The notes under the pieces are model-generated. The model worked only from the letters and a program-made list of their open reading frames with translations, did not search any database and was not told where the DNA came from. A stretch of DNA of 64,000 nt from SAR116 cluster bacterium AG-447-C21 (GTDB lineage: Bacteria > Pseudomonadota > Alphaproteobacteria > Thalassobaculales > Thalassobaculaceae), in NCBI GenBank assembly GCA_003212315.1, contig QCQB01000010.1, positions 1,486-65,485 on the forward strand, read 5' to 3'. This document shows positions 39,557 to 49,556 of the stretch, in pieces. A program made the position numbers and the translations under genes. Within the stretch, counting starts at the first letter, position 1, and the number at the start of each line of letters is the position of its first letter.

Positions 39557-40276
39557 ATGCTAACAAGAAAGCAACGCGAGTTACTACTATTCATAGAGCG
39601 AAAACTTCAAGATGATCAAGTTTGTCCATCTTTCGAGGAAATGAAAACAGCATTAAATTTGAAATCTAAATCAGGGATACATCGCTTGGTGTCCGCATTA
39701 GAAGACCGTGGATTCATTAGGCGACTTGTAAATAAAGCTAGAGCCCTAGAGGTAATTAAATCAGCATCCGATACGACCGAAAACAAGAATAATTCTCTAG
39801 CAAACGATAGAATAACGACAAAAGGGTTTATTCCCAATGTCATACCAGGAAACTTCCCTCAGTCATCAAACAGAATAACTAAAAAAGCCGAGATGGCTAT
39901 AGAACTACCATTGTATGGCAAAATAGCCGCCGGCCAGCCAATAGAAGCTTTAACCGATCACACCAATACAGTAACTGTCCCAGCTCAGTTGATTGGAAAG
40001 GGCGAGCATTATGCGCTTGAAGTAGAGGGAGAATCCATGATTGATGCTGGGATCTTTGATGGAGATACAGCGATTATAGAGAAATGTGAGACCGCTGAAA
40101 ATGGGAAAATTATAGTAGCATTAATCGATAACACAGAAGTGACGCTAAAACGACTTCGAAAAAAACATCACGCTATTGCACTCGAACCTGCCAATTCTGA
40201 TTATAAAACAAGAATCTTTGGACCCGACCAGGTCCAAGTTCAGGGTAAACTTGTCGGAATAATCCGAAAATATTAA
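39557..40276 (+). CDS. lexA: LexA repressor
   Basis: MLTRKQRELLLFI..PSFEEMKTALNLKSKSGIHRLVSALEDRGFIRRL matches the LexA N-terminus. The self-cleavage and S24 peptidase region contains GKIAAGQPIEA, GESM and LKRL. Length is 239 aa from this Met. Confidence 0.95.
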   Translation: MLTRKQRELLLFIERKLQDDQVCPSFEEMKTALNLKSKSGIHRLVSALEDRGFIRRLVNKARALEVIKSASDTTENKNNSLANDRITTKGFIPNVIPGNFPQSSNRITKKAEMAIELPLYGKIAAGQPIEALTDHTNTVTVPAQLIGKGEHYALEVEGESMIDAGIFDGDTAIIEKCETAENGKIIVALIDNTEVTLKRLRKKHHAIALEPANSDYKTRIFGPDQVQVQGKLVGIIRKY

Positions 40277-40463
40277 ATTTTTTCTGTTTTTGGGCTGTTA
40301 AGGAGCTAATCACAGGACCTACATGTTTTATAATTCTTAGTGTTAAACCCCTAGATTCGCTGGTTGAAAATAACGTTAAATAACCCATTGTTATTTTAAT
40401 AGATGCACTCTTTTGTTATAAACTCCAAGCTCTAAATAAAACTATTAGAAGAAATCATATGTA

Positions 40464-41867
40464 ATGGATATAACAACCCGTTTTGCACCGTCACCCACTG
40501 GTTTTTTACACATTGGGGGAGCTCGCACAGCGCTTTTCAACTTTCTATTCGCGCAACGGTTTGGAGGAAAATATCTCTTGAGAATAGAAGACACAGATAG
40601 AGAAAGATCTACTAAAGCCGCAACCGAAGCTATATTAAACGGCTTGGAATGGTTAGGTTTATCGGGCCAGGAGGAAACTGTTTTTCAACATAAAAATATA
40701 AAACGACATCAAGATATAGCCCAAATACTTCTTGATAATGGATCGGCATACCACTGTTATTGCACTCCCGAAGAACTTCAACAAATGCGTAATAAGGCAC
40801 TTAAAGAAGGAAGAAAGAATTTATATGATGGATCTTGGAGGGATCGCTCTCCATCCGATGCACCAAGCGATATTTCGCCAGTTGTTCGTCTAAAAACAGA
40901 GTTAACAGGCAAGACATCAATAAATGACTTGGTCCAAGGACCAGTAACTGTAGATAATGAAATCATCGATGACTTTATTCTACTTAGAGCCGATGGATCA
41001 CCAACCTACATGCATTCTGTTGTTGTCGATGATCACGATATGCAAGTCAGCCACGTTATAAGAGGAGACGACCACCTCAATAATGCTTTCCGACAAATTC
41101 AATTGTACAAAGCAATGGGTTGGGAAGTACCAGTGTTTGCTCATATGCCTCTAATACATGGGCAAGACGGCACCAAATTGTCGAAGCGTCATGGAGCGAT
41201 TGGAGTAGAAAGTTATCGTGATCTTGGATATCTCCCCGATGCGTTATGCAATTATCTTCTAAGACTTGGCTGGAGCCACGGTGATGATGAAATTATTAGT
41301 AGAGAGGATGCATTAAAATGGTTTGATTTTGATAAGGTTGGACAATCTGCATCCCGATTTGACATCACTAAGCTGGATAATATAAATAGCATTTATATAA
41401 AAAATCTTGATGACGATTATCTAATTAAACTGTTAATGAAGGAATTGGAGAAACATCCAAATTTAATAATCAACTCAACAACGATACAACGTATTAAAGC
41501 AGGAATAAAAGGACTAAAAACACGCGTAAAAACAATAAAAGAACTTGCAGAGATCTCAACTTTTTATATGGCAAAAATACCTTTACAATTAGATCAAAAG
41601 GCAAGAGATATCCTAAATGAAGACGCCATCAAAATTATTAATGGTCTTAGAGAGTCATTGAAAGATCTCGAGAATTGGTCAGAGTCGGCTGTTGAAGCAG
41701 CTATTAAACTTTATGCAGAAAAATATAATTTAAAGTTGGCAAACGTTGCATTGCCTTTAAGAGTTGCTTTGACTGGCACAACTAAATCCCCAAGTATATT
41801 TGAGGTTGCAAGTGTTCTAGGATGGGATGAAGTCGATCTTCGCATCGAGTCAGTTTGCCGAAAATAA
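40464..41867 (+). CDS. gltX: Glutamate--tRNA ligase
   Basis: RFAPSPTGFLHIGGART (HIGH), RIEDTD and KLSKRHG (KMSKS) are present; 467 aa. Confidence 0.95.
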   Translation: MDITTRFAPSPTGFLHIGGARTALFNFLFAQRFGGKYLLRIEDTDRERSTKAATEAILNGLEWLGLSGQEETVFQHKNIKRHQDIAQILLDNGSAYHCYCTPEELQQMRNKALKEGRKNLYDGSWRDRSPSDAPSDISPVVRLKTELTGKTSINDLVQGPVTVDNEIIDDFILLRADGSPTYMHSVVVDDHDMQVSHVIRGDDHLNNAFRQIQLYKAMGWEVPVFAHMPLIHGQDGTKLSKRHGAIGVESYRDLGYLPDALCNYLLRLGWSHGDDEIISREDALKWFDFDKVGQSASRFDITKLDNINSIYIKNLDDDYLIKLLMKELEKHPNLIINSTTIQRIKAGIKGLKTRVKTIKELAEISTFYMAKIPLQLDQKARDILNEDAIKIINGLRESLKDLENWSESAVEAAIKLYAEKYNLKLANVALPLRVALTGTTKSPSIFEVASVLGWDEVDLRIESVCRK

Positions 41868-41943
41868 AATATGTCTGTAGACTAGTTTAAATTCGTAGAA
41901 GTAGAAAACGAAAACTGAATATGCTTAAAAAGGAATACCAGTA

Positions 41944-43245
41944 ATGAACGAGAAAAACTCCGGAACGTTCACTTTAATAAATGATAAAACTGGCGATAAA
42001 TACACGTTGCCGGTTATTGATGGAGCTACCGGGCCCAGTGTTATTGACGTTCGTCGTTTATATGGTGAAACAGATCACTTCACTTTTGATCCTGGCTACA
42101 CATCCACTGGTTCATGTGAATCCGGCTTAACATATATCGACGGCGATAAAGGCATCCTTCTTCACAGAGGTTACCCAATAGAACAATTAGCAGAACAAAG
42201 TAACTTTCTAGAAGTCGCCCATCTGCTTTTGTTTGGCGAACTTCCTAATCCAACAGAATCAGATAAATTTATTCATGATATTACCTACCACACGATGCTA
42301 CATGAACAATTAATGAACTTCTACCGTGGTTTTAGACGAGATGCGCACCCAATGGCGATTATGTGTGGCGTCGTAGGGGCATTATCCTCTTTTTACCATG
42401 ACTCTACAGACATAACGGACCCTCATGCGAGAATGGTCGCTTCATATCGACTTATTGCCAAAATGCCAACTATAGCTGCGATGGCGTATAAATATTCTTT
42501 GGGACAACCATTTAATTACCCCCAAAATAATCTGACTTACGCGGAGAATTTTCTACAAATGCTCTTTGCCGTTCCATCAGAAGAATACATAATGAATCCA
42601 GTATTGGCTCGAGCGATGGATAGACTTTTAATCCTACATGCCGACCACGAACAAAACGCCTCTACATCAACTGTTCGCTTAGCTGGATCATCAGGAGCGA
42701 ATCCATTCGCTTGTATAGCTGCTGGTATAGCTTCATTGTGGGGACCGGCCCATGGGGGGGCGAATGAAGCAGTTCTTAATATGTTAACTGAGATAGGTCA
42801 TAAAAATCGTGTAAGCGACTATGTGAAAAAAGCAAAAGATAAAGATGACCCTTTCCGGTTAATGGGTTTTGGTCATAGAGTTTATAAAAACTACGATCCA
42901 AGAGCTAAAGTGATGATGCAAAGTTGCCATGAAGTTTTGGAGGAGTTAGGTGTTAATGACCCTCTTCTAGAGTTAGCAATGGAATTGGAACGGATCGCGA
43001 GAGAAGATGAGTATTTCATTGAACGCAATTTATACCCTAACGTAGATTTTTACTCGGGAATAATACTCAAAGCAATGGGTTTTCCATCGAGTATGTTTAC
43101 GGTTCTATTCGCTGTCGCCCGAACTACTGGCTGGATAGCTCAATGGAAAGAAATGATTGAAGATCCCTCACAAAAAATTGGTAGGCCAAGGCAGCTTTAT
43201 ACTGGCCCAACTGCGAGGGATTACATGCCCTTGAACAAACGATAG
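41944..43245 (+). CDS. gltA: Citrate synthase (type II)
   Basis: 433 aa containing [26 protein letters not shown] and [14 protein letters not shown]. Confidence 0.97.
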   Translation: MNEKNSGTFTLINDKTGDKYTLPVIDGATGPSVIDVRRLYGETDHFTFDPGYTSTGSCESGLTYIDGDKGILLHRGYPIEQLAEQSNFLEVAHLLLFGELPNPTESDKFIHDITYHTMLHEQLMNFYRGFRRDAHPMAIMCGVVGALSSFYHDSTDITDPHARMVASYRLIAKMPTIAAMAYKYSLGQPFNYPQNNLTYAENFLQMLFAVPSEEYIMNPVLARAMDRLLILHADHEQNASTSTVRLAGSSGANPFACIAAGIASLWGPAHGGANEAVLNMLTEIGHKNRVSDYVKKAKDKDDPFRLMGFGHRVYKNYDPRAKVMMQSCHEVLEELGVNDPLLELAMELERIAREDEYFIERNLYPNVDFYSGIILKAMGFPSSMFTVLFAVARTTGWIAQWKEMIEDPSQKIGRPRQLYTGPTARDYMPLNKR

Positions 43246-43356
43246 TCATTTTCAAAAACATCAAGTCCAACTTTTGAAACTTTCTAACGCAGGATGTTTT
43301 AACGCGGTAAATATGTCACATAGTAACTTTCCCTATCTTCAATAGACGGATGTTCA

Positions 43357-44769
43357 TTGACATATGATGCCAAACCCTTTAGCACAACCAAAATTATTGA
43401 GGATAATAAGCGGTTTGGTCAAAAAATTTTGAGCTTTAATCATTTAGGACTAAGCAAAAGTTTGGTAACTGCTGTCACTGATGCAGGATACTCGACACCG
43501 ACGCCGATACAAGAGCAATCGATCCCCATCGTTTTGACGGGTAGAGACGTGTTAGGTTGTGCTCAAACGGGTACCGGCAAAACAGCGTCTTTTACATTAC
43601 CAATGATAGATATACTTGCGGCTGGCAGAGCAAAAGCGAGGATGCCAAGATCGCTGATCTTATGCCCAACTAGAGAACTAGCCGCTCAAGTTGGAGATAA
43701 TTTCGAGGCTTACGGAAAAAACACAAATCTTACTAAGGCACTGTTAATCGGTGGAGTGACTTTAGCTGACCAAACACAGCGACTTGATCGTGGTGTAGAC
43801 GTACTTATAGCAACCCCAGGCCGTCTATTGGATCATTTTGAACGAGGTAAAATTCTACTAAATGATGTAAAAATTCTTGTAATCGATGAAGCAGATAGAA
43901 TGTTAGATATGGGATTCATTCCAGATGTAGAGCGAATAGTATCCCTTTTGCCAAAAATACGACAAACCTTGTTTTTCTCGGCCACTCTAGACAAGAGCAT
44001 CCGAAAGTTAGCCGATTCATTCCTTATGAACCCCAAAGAAATTTCAGTTGCCCCGTCTGCCTCAACCGCTGATACGGTAATCCAAAAACTAATATACACA
44101 GAAACAAAACAAAAAAGAGAATTATTACGTGCATTATTAGATAACGAGTCGATAAATAATGCTGTCATTTTTTGCAATAGAAAGAGAGATATAGGTGTCT
44201 TGCACCGTTCTCTTCTCAAACATGGCTATGATGCTGTTGAATTACACGGGGATCTTCCGCAAACCGCACGGACGGAGACCCTTTCAAAATTTAAAAATGG
44301 TGATTTTAAACTTTTAATTGCAAGCGACGTCGCCGCTCGTGGCTTGGATATAGAGGGCTTAAGTCATGTTTTTAATTTTGATGTGCCAACTAATGCAGAA
44401 GATTATGTTCACCGGATCGGACGTACGGGCCGAGCAGGGAATGAAGGGCGAGCATTCACACTTGCGGTACCTGAAGATGAAAAATACATACAGGCTATTA
44501 CAAAGCTAACAAAAAAAACTATAGACGTTGTCCATTTAGATATTGAAAGTCAATCTAATGGCAAAAGGCAACCTTCGACCGACCATGATTCTTTAAAGGC
44601 CAAATCAAAACCTATCCGAGGGAAAGCCAAACAATTTAGGCAGCGAAAGTTCGATAAAAAACCGCACGCATCAACCAACAATTATGGGGAACAAATTCCT
44701 CCCCCAGTTAGTCCAAAGTCGCCAAAAGTAGGCATGGGAGACCACGTACCAGCTTTCCTGCTTCGTTAA
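43357..44769 (+). CDS. rhlE: DEAD-box ATP-dependent RNA helicase (RhlE-like)
   Basis: It has the Q-motif region PTPIQ, AQTGTGKT, VIDEADRM (DEAD), SAT and HRIGRTGRAG, plus a basic C-terminal tail. The track start is TTG. An in-frame TTG at 43429 would give MSFNHLGLS, like E. coli RhlE MSFDSLGLS. Confidence 0.9.
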   Translation: MTYDAKPFSTTKIIEDNKRFGQKILSFNHLGLSKSLVTAVTDAGYSTPTPIQEQSIPIVLTGRDVLGCAQTGTGKTASFTLPMIDILAAGRAKARMPRSLILCPTRELAAQVGDNFEAYGKNTNLTKALLIGGVTLADQTQRLDRGVDVLIATPGRLLDHFERGKILLNDVKILVIDEADRMLDMGFIPDVERIVSLLPKIRQTLFFSATLDKSIRKLADSFLMNPKEISVAPSASTADTVIQKLIYTETKQKRELLRALLDNESINNAVIFCNRKRDIGVLHRSLLKHGYDAVELHGDLPQTARTETLSKFKNGDFKLLIASDVAARGLDIEGLSHVFNFDVPTNAEDYVHRIGRTGRAGNEGRAFTLAVPEDEKYIQAITKLTKKTIDVVHLDIESQSNGKRQPSTDHDSLKAKSKPIRGKAKQFRQRKFDKKPHASTNNYGEQIPPPVSPKSPKVGMGDHVPAFLLR

Positions 44770-44821
44770 AATAATAAGAAGTTAGTGATTGGCTACAGAT
44801 CGTAGTTTTGCAACTATTTTC

Positions 44822-45484
44822 TTAATATAGTTGCAGGGTCGTTATGGCTTGGGATACCGCCGCTTGAGCAGGATCAACCACGGCCACTCCCAGAGATTCT
44901 TCAAGCCGTGTCCGATATCTAGCCATTCCTGCACAACCCAATACCAACGTATCAGCCCCCTTGTCTTTTATTAATTTTTTTCCGACTTCTTCTAAACGAC
45001 CAAAAGTCTCTGTTTCATTACTCAGCCCAGTTACCCCTATGCCGATAGCAATATCGCCTGCCAACCTTTGTTCTAATCCCAAGGATCTAATATATCGAAT
45101 ATGGCGAGGGATGGATCTATCTAATATAGCTATAATTCCAAATTTATTTCCTAAGGATAAAGCCGACAGAATACCACTTTCCGCAATACCAAATACTGGT
45201 TTGCTTGTAAACTCTCGAGTACTATTTATCCCAGGGTCGGAGAAGCAAGCAATAACAAAGGCATCCGCTAAGGTCTCTTTCTCCTTGACTATATCTAAGA
45301 CCTGTATTGCGACTGTATCTGCATGCTCCTGAGTCTCAATCCCGGGTGGTCCATATGGGTTAGTGATACTTGTTATTGAAGGGCCAGTTAAATCACGAAG
45401 TGGATCAAAAGCTGCATCCATTGCATTTGTTACTTCTACAGTACTATTTGGGTTAATCACGAGGATGTGCTTTTTCATTTTCAA
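44822..45484 (-). CDS. Asp/Glu/hydantoin racemase family protein
   Basis: 220 aa with two catalytic-Cys contexts, IACFSDPG and LGCAGM, typical of hydantoin racemase-like proteins. Confidence 0.75.
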   Translation of the reverse strand: MKMKKHILVINPNSTVEVTNAMDAAFDPLRDLTGPSITSITNPYGPPGIETQEHADTVAIQVLDIVKEKETLADAFVIACFSDPGINSTREFTSKPVFGIAESGILSALSLGNKFGIIAILDRSIPRHIRYIRSLGLEQRLAGDIAIGIGVTGLSNETETFGRLEEVGKKLIKDKGADTLVLGCAGMARYRTRLEESLGVAVVDPAQAAVSQAITTLQLY

Positions 45485-45488
45485 GATC

Positions 45489-48143
45489 CTAACCTTCGGT
45501 TAACCCCTTTTGAACTATCTCAAAAACATCGGTAGATAGTTTATCTGTATTAATAATACGCTCTAATTGATATTTCATATTCTTTTTTCGACTTTCTATA
45601 TGCGAATGCCATCTCGTTAAAGGAATAGCCAAGCGGGCGCCGACTTGGGGATTAATACAGTTTAATTGAATAACTTTATCCGCTAAAAATTCGTACCCTT
45701 CTCCATCTAAACGGTGAAAGTTTACCGGGTTATTATTTACAAATGATCCCAGCAAAGACCGTACCCTATTTGGATTCAGTATATCAAACTCTTTAGCGCA
45801 AGTTAGGTCTTTTACCGTTTGAAAACTGGTCTCTAATGCCGAAGACGCCTGCAAACTAAACCACTTATCTAACTCGAGAGGCTGTTTATTCCACTTAACG
45901 AAAAAATTATCGAGCGCCTCGTCTCTCTCTTCACATTGTATATCATTTAATGCAGTCAAGGCAGCCACCGTTAAGGTCATTGATTTAGCTGAAATCACCT
46001 GATTGAGTGCAAGTTTTAATGACTCAACGTTTTCCTTGGCCGTTAAATATAATAAACATACAGATGCTAGTGCCCGACGCCCCATAGCTTCCGTTGATAA
46101 ATCCACCGGCGATAAACCATCTAACATCTTGTAATGAATTTCTTGGAATTTCTCCCTTATTTCTTGTCCAATATATTTCTGTATATAACATCGTGCGAAA
46201 TGAATATTATCTACATCAATTACAGCCATTGCTTGCGCCAAATCATTTTCTGAGGGCAATTTTAATAATTCTGCTCTTAATGCTGGTTCCAAAGTATCGT
46301 TTAATAAAATTGCCTCAATGGCCTTTATATAATCTGTATTAATCGTAAAATGTTGTTCATTTTTTTGAGCCTCAACTATTTCAAGAATAATTTTGATAGC
46401 ATACTGTTGTCCAGCATCCCAACAGACAAATGGATCTTTCTCCTGGGTCATTAAAACAAACAATTCTTTGTAGCCCAGCGTTATTTTTAGTTTAACCGGA
46501 GATGAAAAACCTCTCAGTAAAGATGGCACGGGTGCATTATTTATGTCAGTAAATATATATGATTGTTCTCTAACTTCCATTTTTAATAAGGAACTATATT
46601 CGCCTTCCTCATTACTGTTATTTTGCTTTAGTAAATATTCTTTTCCATCATAATCAAGCATGCCAAGCTGTATTAAGATAGGCAATGGCTTCTTTTTCTT
46701 CGCATCTGATGTTGGTGGATTAAATTGTTTAATATTCAGTTCTAACTCATTATTTTGGGGGTCGAATACCATAGAGAACTCCAATTCAGGGGTGCCAGAT
46801 TGAGTATACCATGACAGCATCGAGGATAGGTTCTTTCCAGAGGCATCTTGCATCGCCGATAAAAAATCCTCGCAAGTAGCCGCTTGTCCATCGTGTCTTT
46901 GAAAATATAATTTTATTCCATTTTTAAAATTTTCCAGACCAATATAATTATGAATTAAACGGACTAGCTCTGCACCCTTCTCATAAATAGTTACCGTATA
47001 AAAATTATTTATTTCCACATATGACTCCGGACGAACTGGATGAGACGTAGGACCAGCATCTTCCGCAAATTGAAGAGACCGAAGTAATCTCACATCATTT
47101 ATCCGTTGAACGCCTCGTGAGTGCATATCAGCTGTGAATTCTTGGTCTCTGAAAACAGTTAAACCTTCCTTAAGACTTAATTGAAACCAATCACGACAAG
47201 TCACTCTGTTACCTGTCCAGTTGTGAAAGTATTCATGGGCAATAATAGATTCTATTCTTTGAAAGTCCGCGTCAGTAGCAGTCTCTGTATCGGCTAAGAT
47301 ATATCGACTATTAAAAATATTGAGTCCCTTGTTCTCCATTGCACCCATATTAAAGTGGCTAACCGCAACGACCATGAAAACATTTAGATCATATTCTAGG
47401 CCAAATTTTCGTTCGTCCCAAGCCATAGCATTTTTAAGAGACATCATAGCATGCTGACACCGCTGTTCTTCTCCATGCTCAACAAAAATTTTTAATGAAA
47501 TAATTCTACCAGATATAGTTGTAAAACTGTCTTCCACACAGGCTAAATCTCCTGCTACTAATGCAAATAAATACGATGGTTTTGGGAAAGGGTCTTCCCA
47601 TACCGCATAATGTCTACCGTATTGCAGATCACCAGAGTCGATTAGATGACCATTGGATAATAATACCGGGAAAGCAGTTTTACACGCGATAATTCTGGTT
47701 CTAAATAGAGACATAACATCGGGCCGGTCGGGGAAAAATGTAATCTTTCTAAAACCCTCGGCCTCACATTGTGTGCAATACATTCCTTCCGACAGATAAA
47801 GTCCTTCTAGTGATTTATTATTTTGTGGATAATTTTTACTAATTATAACTAAGCAAAATTCATCGACGATATCAGTTATAATGAGTTTTTCGTCAGTAAG
47901 TTTATATTCATCATCTTTAAGCACACGTCCATTACACTTAATACCCAGCAAAGTCTGACCTTCACCATTGAAAGTTAAAGGTTCGTTGCCAACGATACTT
48001 TTGGGATTTCTATGACCTTTTACTTTTGAGGTCACAACAGTCCACTTATCTTCAATATCAACCTCAAGTTCGATAGATGATACTAAGAAGCTCGGAGGTT
48101 GATAATCTTTAAGATACGTAGTTTGAGGTTTAATTAATGGCAT
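45489..48143 (-). CDS. pepN: Aminopeptidase N
   Basis: 884 aa containing GAMENKGLNIFN, the zinc motif HEYFHNWTGNRVT and the downstream Glu in WFQLSLKEGLT. Confidence 0.95.
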   Translation of the reverse strand: MPLIKPQTTYLKDYQPPSFLVSSIELEVDIEDKWTVVTSKVKGHRNPKSIVGNEPLTFNGEGQTLLGIKCNGRVLKDDEYKLTDEKLIITDIVDEFCLVIISKNYPQNNKSLEGLYLSEGMYCTQCEAEGFRKITFFPDRPDVMSLFRTRIIACKTAFPVLLSNGHLIDSGDLQYGRHYAVWEDPFPKPSYLFALVAGDLACVEDSFTTISGRIISLKIFVEHGEEQRCQHAMMSLKNAMAWDERKFGLEYDLNVFMVVAVSHFNMGAMENKGLNIFNSRYILADTETATDADFQRIESIIAHEYFHNWTGNRVTCRDWFQLSLKEGLTVFRDQEFTADMHSRGVQRINDVRLLRSLQFAEDAGPTSHPVRPESYVEINNFYTVTIYEKGAELVRLIHNYIGLENFKNGIKLYFQRHDGQAATCEDFLSAMQDASGKNLSSMLSWYTQSGTPELEFSMVFDPQNNELELNIKQFNPPTSDAKKKKPLPILIQLGMLDYDGKEYLLKQNNSNEEGEYSSLLKMEVREQSYIFTDINNAPVPSLLRGFSSPVKLKITLGYKELFVLMTQEKDPFVCWDAGQQYAIKIILEIVEAQKNEQHFTINTDYIKAIEAILLNDTLEPALRAELLKLPSENDLAQAMAVIDVDNIHFARCYIQKYIGQEIREKFQEIHYKMLDGLSPVDLSTEAMGRRALASVCLLYLTAKENVESLKLALNQVISAKSMTLTVAALTALNDIQCEERDEALDNFFVKWNKQPLELDKWFSLQASSALETSFQTVKDLTCAKEFDILNPNRVRSLLGSFVNNNPVNFHRLDGEGYEFLADKVIQLNCINPQVGARLAIPLTRWHSHIESRKKNMKYQLERIINTDKLSTDVFEIVQKGLTEG

Positions 48144-48155
48144 CAGTTATCACGT

Positions 48156-48932
48156 TTAATTAGCCATCCACCCGCCGTCCACCATTAAGTTTTCACCTGT
48201 TATAAACGAAGCTTCATCGCTTGCGAAAAAAATTACCGCAGAAGCAACATCCTCTGATCGACCTAATCTGGGCCAGGGAGTTCTATCCTCACTGTAGGAA
48301 ATAGCCTCAGGCGAAATCGCTGCTCCAGTTTTTCCTGTTAAAATTTTGCCCGGAGCCACAGCGTTACAAACAATTCCAAATTTAGCGTAATCTCCCGCTA
48401 TTTGTCGGGTCATATATACAGCGCACGCTTTACTGACCCCGTATGCAAAATCATTGGGGGCACGGATCATTCCGTGCTGCGAAGAGATATTTACTATGCG
48501 GCCTCTAACCTCGCTCCCCTGTCGAGAGTTTTGTTTCAGCATTTGTTCAATCGCATATTTACACCCAAAAAACATTCCTTTGGCCCCGACGGCCATCACT
48601 CTATCCCATTCGTCTTCCGTAGTCTCCAGTAAAGCAGCACGGCCATGCGCCGCAGCATTATTTATGATAACATCAAGAAAGCCATATTTTTTCACGGTAT
48701 TGGAAATCAATTTTTTTACATCATTATCGTTAGTAACGTCCGTGTTCATATAAGTTGAAATGCCACCAGCCATTAGTATTGCATCTACTGTATTTTGGCC
48801 GCCCTCAAGTGGGGTCTCTCGGATATCTGCGACCACCACCCTAGCTCCCTCATTAGCGGCTTTAATAGAAATTGATTTCCCAATACCAGAAGCTCCACCG
48901 GTAACTATTACAACTCGATCCTTTAAACGCAT
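48156..48932 (-). CDS. Short-chain dehydrogenase/reductase (SDR)
   Basis: VTGGASGIGKS, NNAA and the catalytic YGVSK motif are present; 258 aa. Confidence 0.85.
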   Translation of the reverse strand: MRLKDRVVIVTGGASGIGKSISIKAANEGARVVVADIRETPLEGGQNTVDAILMAGGISTYMNTDVTNDNDVKKLISNTVKKYGFLDVIINNAAAHGRAALLETTEDEWDRVMAVGAKGMFFGCKYAIEQMLKQNSRQGSEVRGRIVNISSQHGMIRAPNDFAYGVSKACAVYMTRQIAGDYAKFGIVCNAVAPGKILTGKTGAAISPEAISYSEDRTPWPRLGRSEDVASAVIFFASDEASFITGENLMVDGGWMAN

Positions 48933-48967
48933 AATAATCTTTTTCGACGTTGGAAATAAACACCCAT

Positions 48968-49363
48968 TTAGGCGACCTTATTGCCGCGCTCGTCCTTATT
49001 GCTGCTCGTATATGCTTGATTGCAATGTTCTTCACAATAAGGCCGCCCTTCGACAACCTTATCTCCGCAAAACTTAAAATCTGGTGATCTTGGGTCACCT
49101 ATTGGCCAGCAACATTTGTGTCGATCCCAATCTGCAAAGGTCAAGGGCGATAATTTCCTTCGCTTAGGCTCAAAGGGTTTATCTGATCTTACTATTGGAG
49201 ATTGTCGTTTAGGTAGTCCCATACGATGCACCTTACCAACAACAGCATTTCTAGTTACACCTAACTTCAATCCTATTTGTGTAATTGACAGGCCTTGACC
49301 CCATAGCTTTGTAAGCTCTCCTAAACGTTTCTCATTCCAAACACTGACTACTTCATCGGTCAT
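48968..49363 (-). CDS. gcrA: GcrA cell-cycle regulator homologue
   Basis: WNEKRLGELTKLWGQGLSITQIGLKLGVTRNAVVGKVHRMGL plus the C-terminal CCWPIGDP....FCG....GRPYCEEH motif. The ATG at 49363 is preceded by AGGAGG with a 6-nt spacer (131 aa). Confidence 0.85.
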   Translation of the reverse strand: MTDEVVSVWNEKRLGELTKLWGQGLSITQIGLKLGVTRNAVVGKVHRMGLPKRQSPIVRSDKPFEPKRRKLSPLTFADWDRHKCCWPIGDPRSPDFKFCGDKVVEGRPYCEEHCNQAYTSSNKDERGNKVA

Positions 49364-49517
49364 TACCTGCCTCCTATTCTGCAAACATTTGATGTAGCTA
49401 CTGGCTTTGTTGCGACCTAACCGCTAGATAGAGTATATAATTAACACTCACCCTACTGAATGTTGTATGGTGTTGCAATATACAGGAAAATAAAAAATAA
49501 ACTATTTGCAATTTTTC

Positions 49518-49526
49518 TGTGGATAA
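49518..49526 (-). promoter_or_regulatory. Perfect DnaA box upstream of gcrA
   Basis: The plus strand reads TGTGGATAA, the reverse complement of the consensus TTATCCACA. It lies about 155 nt upstream of the gcrA start codon. Confidence 0.5.
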
Positions 49527-49556
49527 CTCTGGTGCCGTTTACTCAGTAAAGATGAA

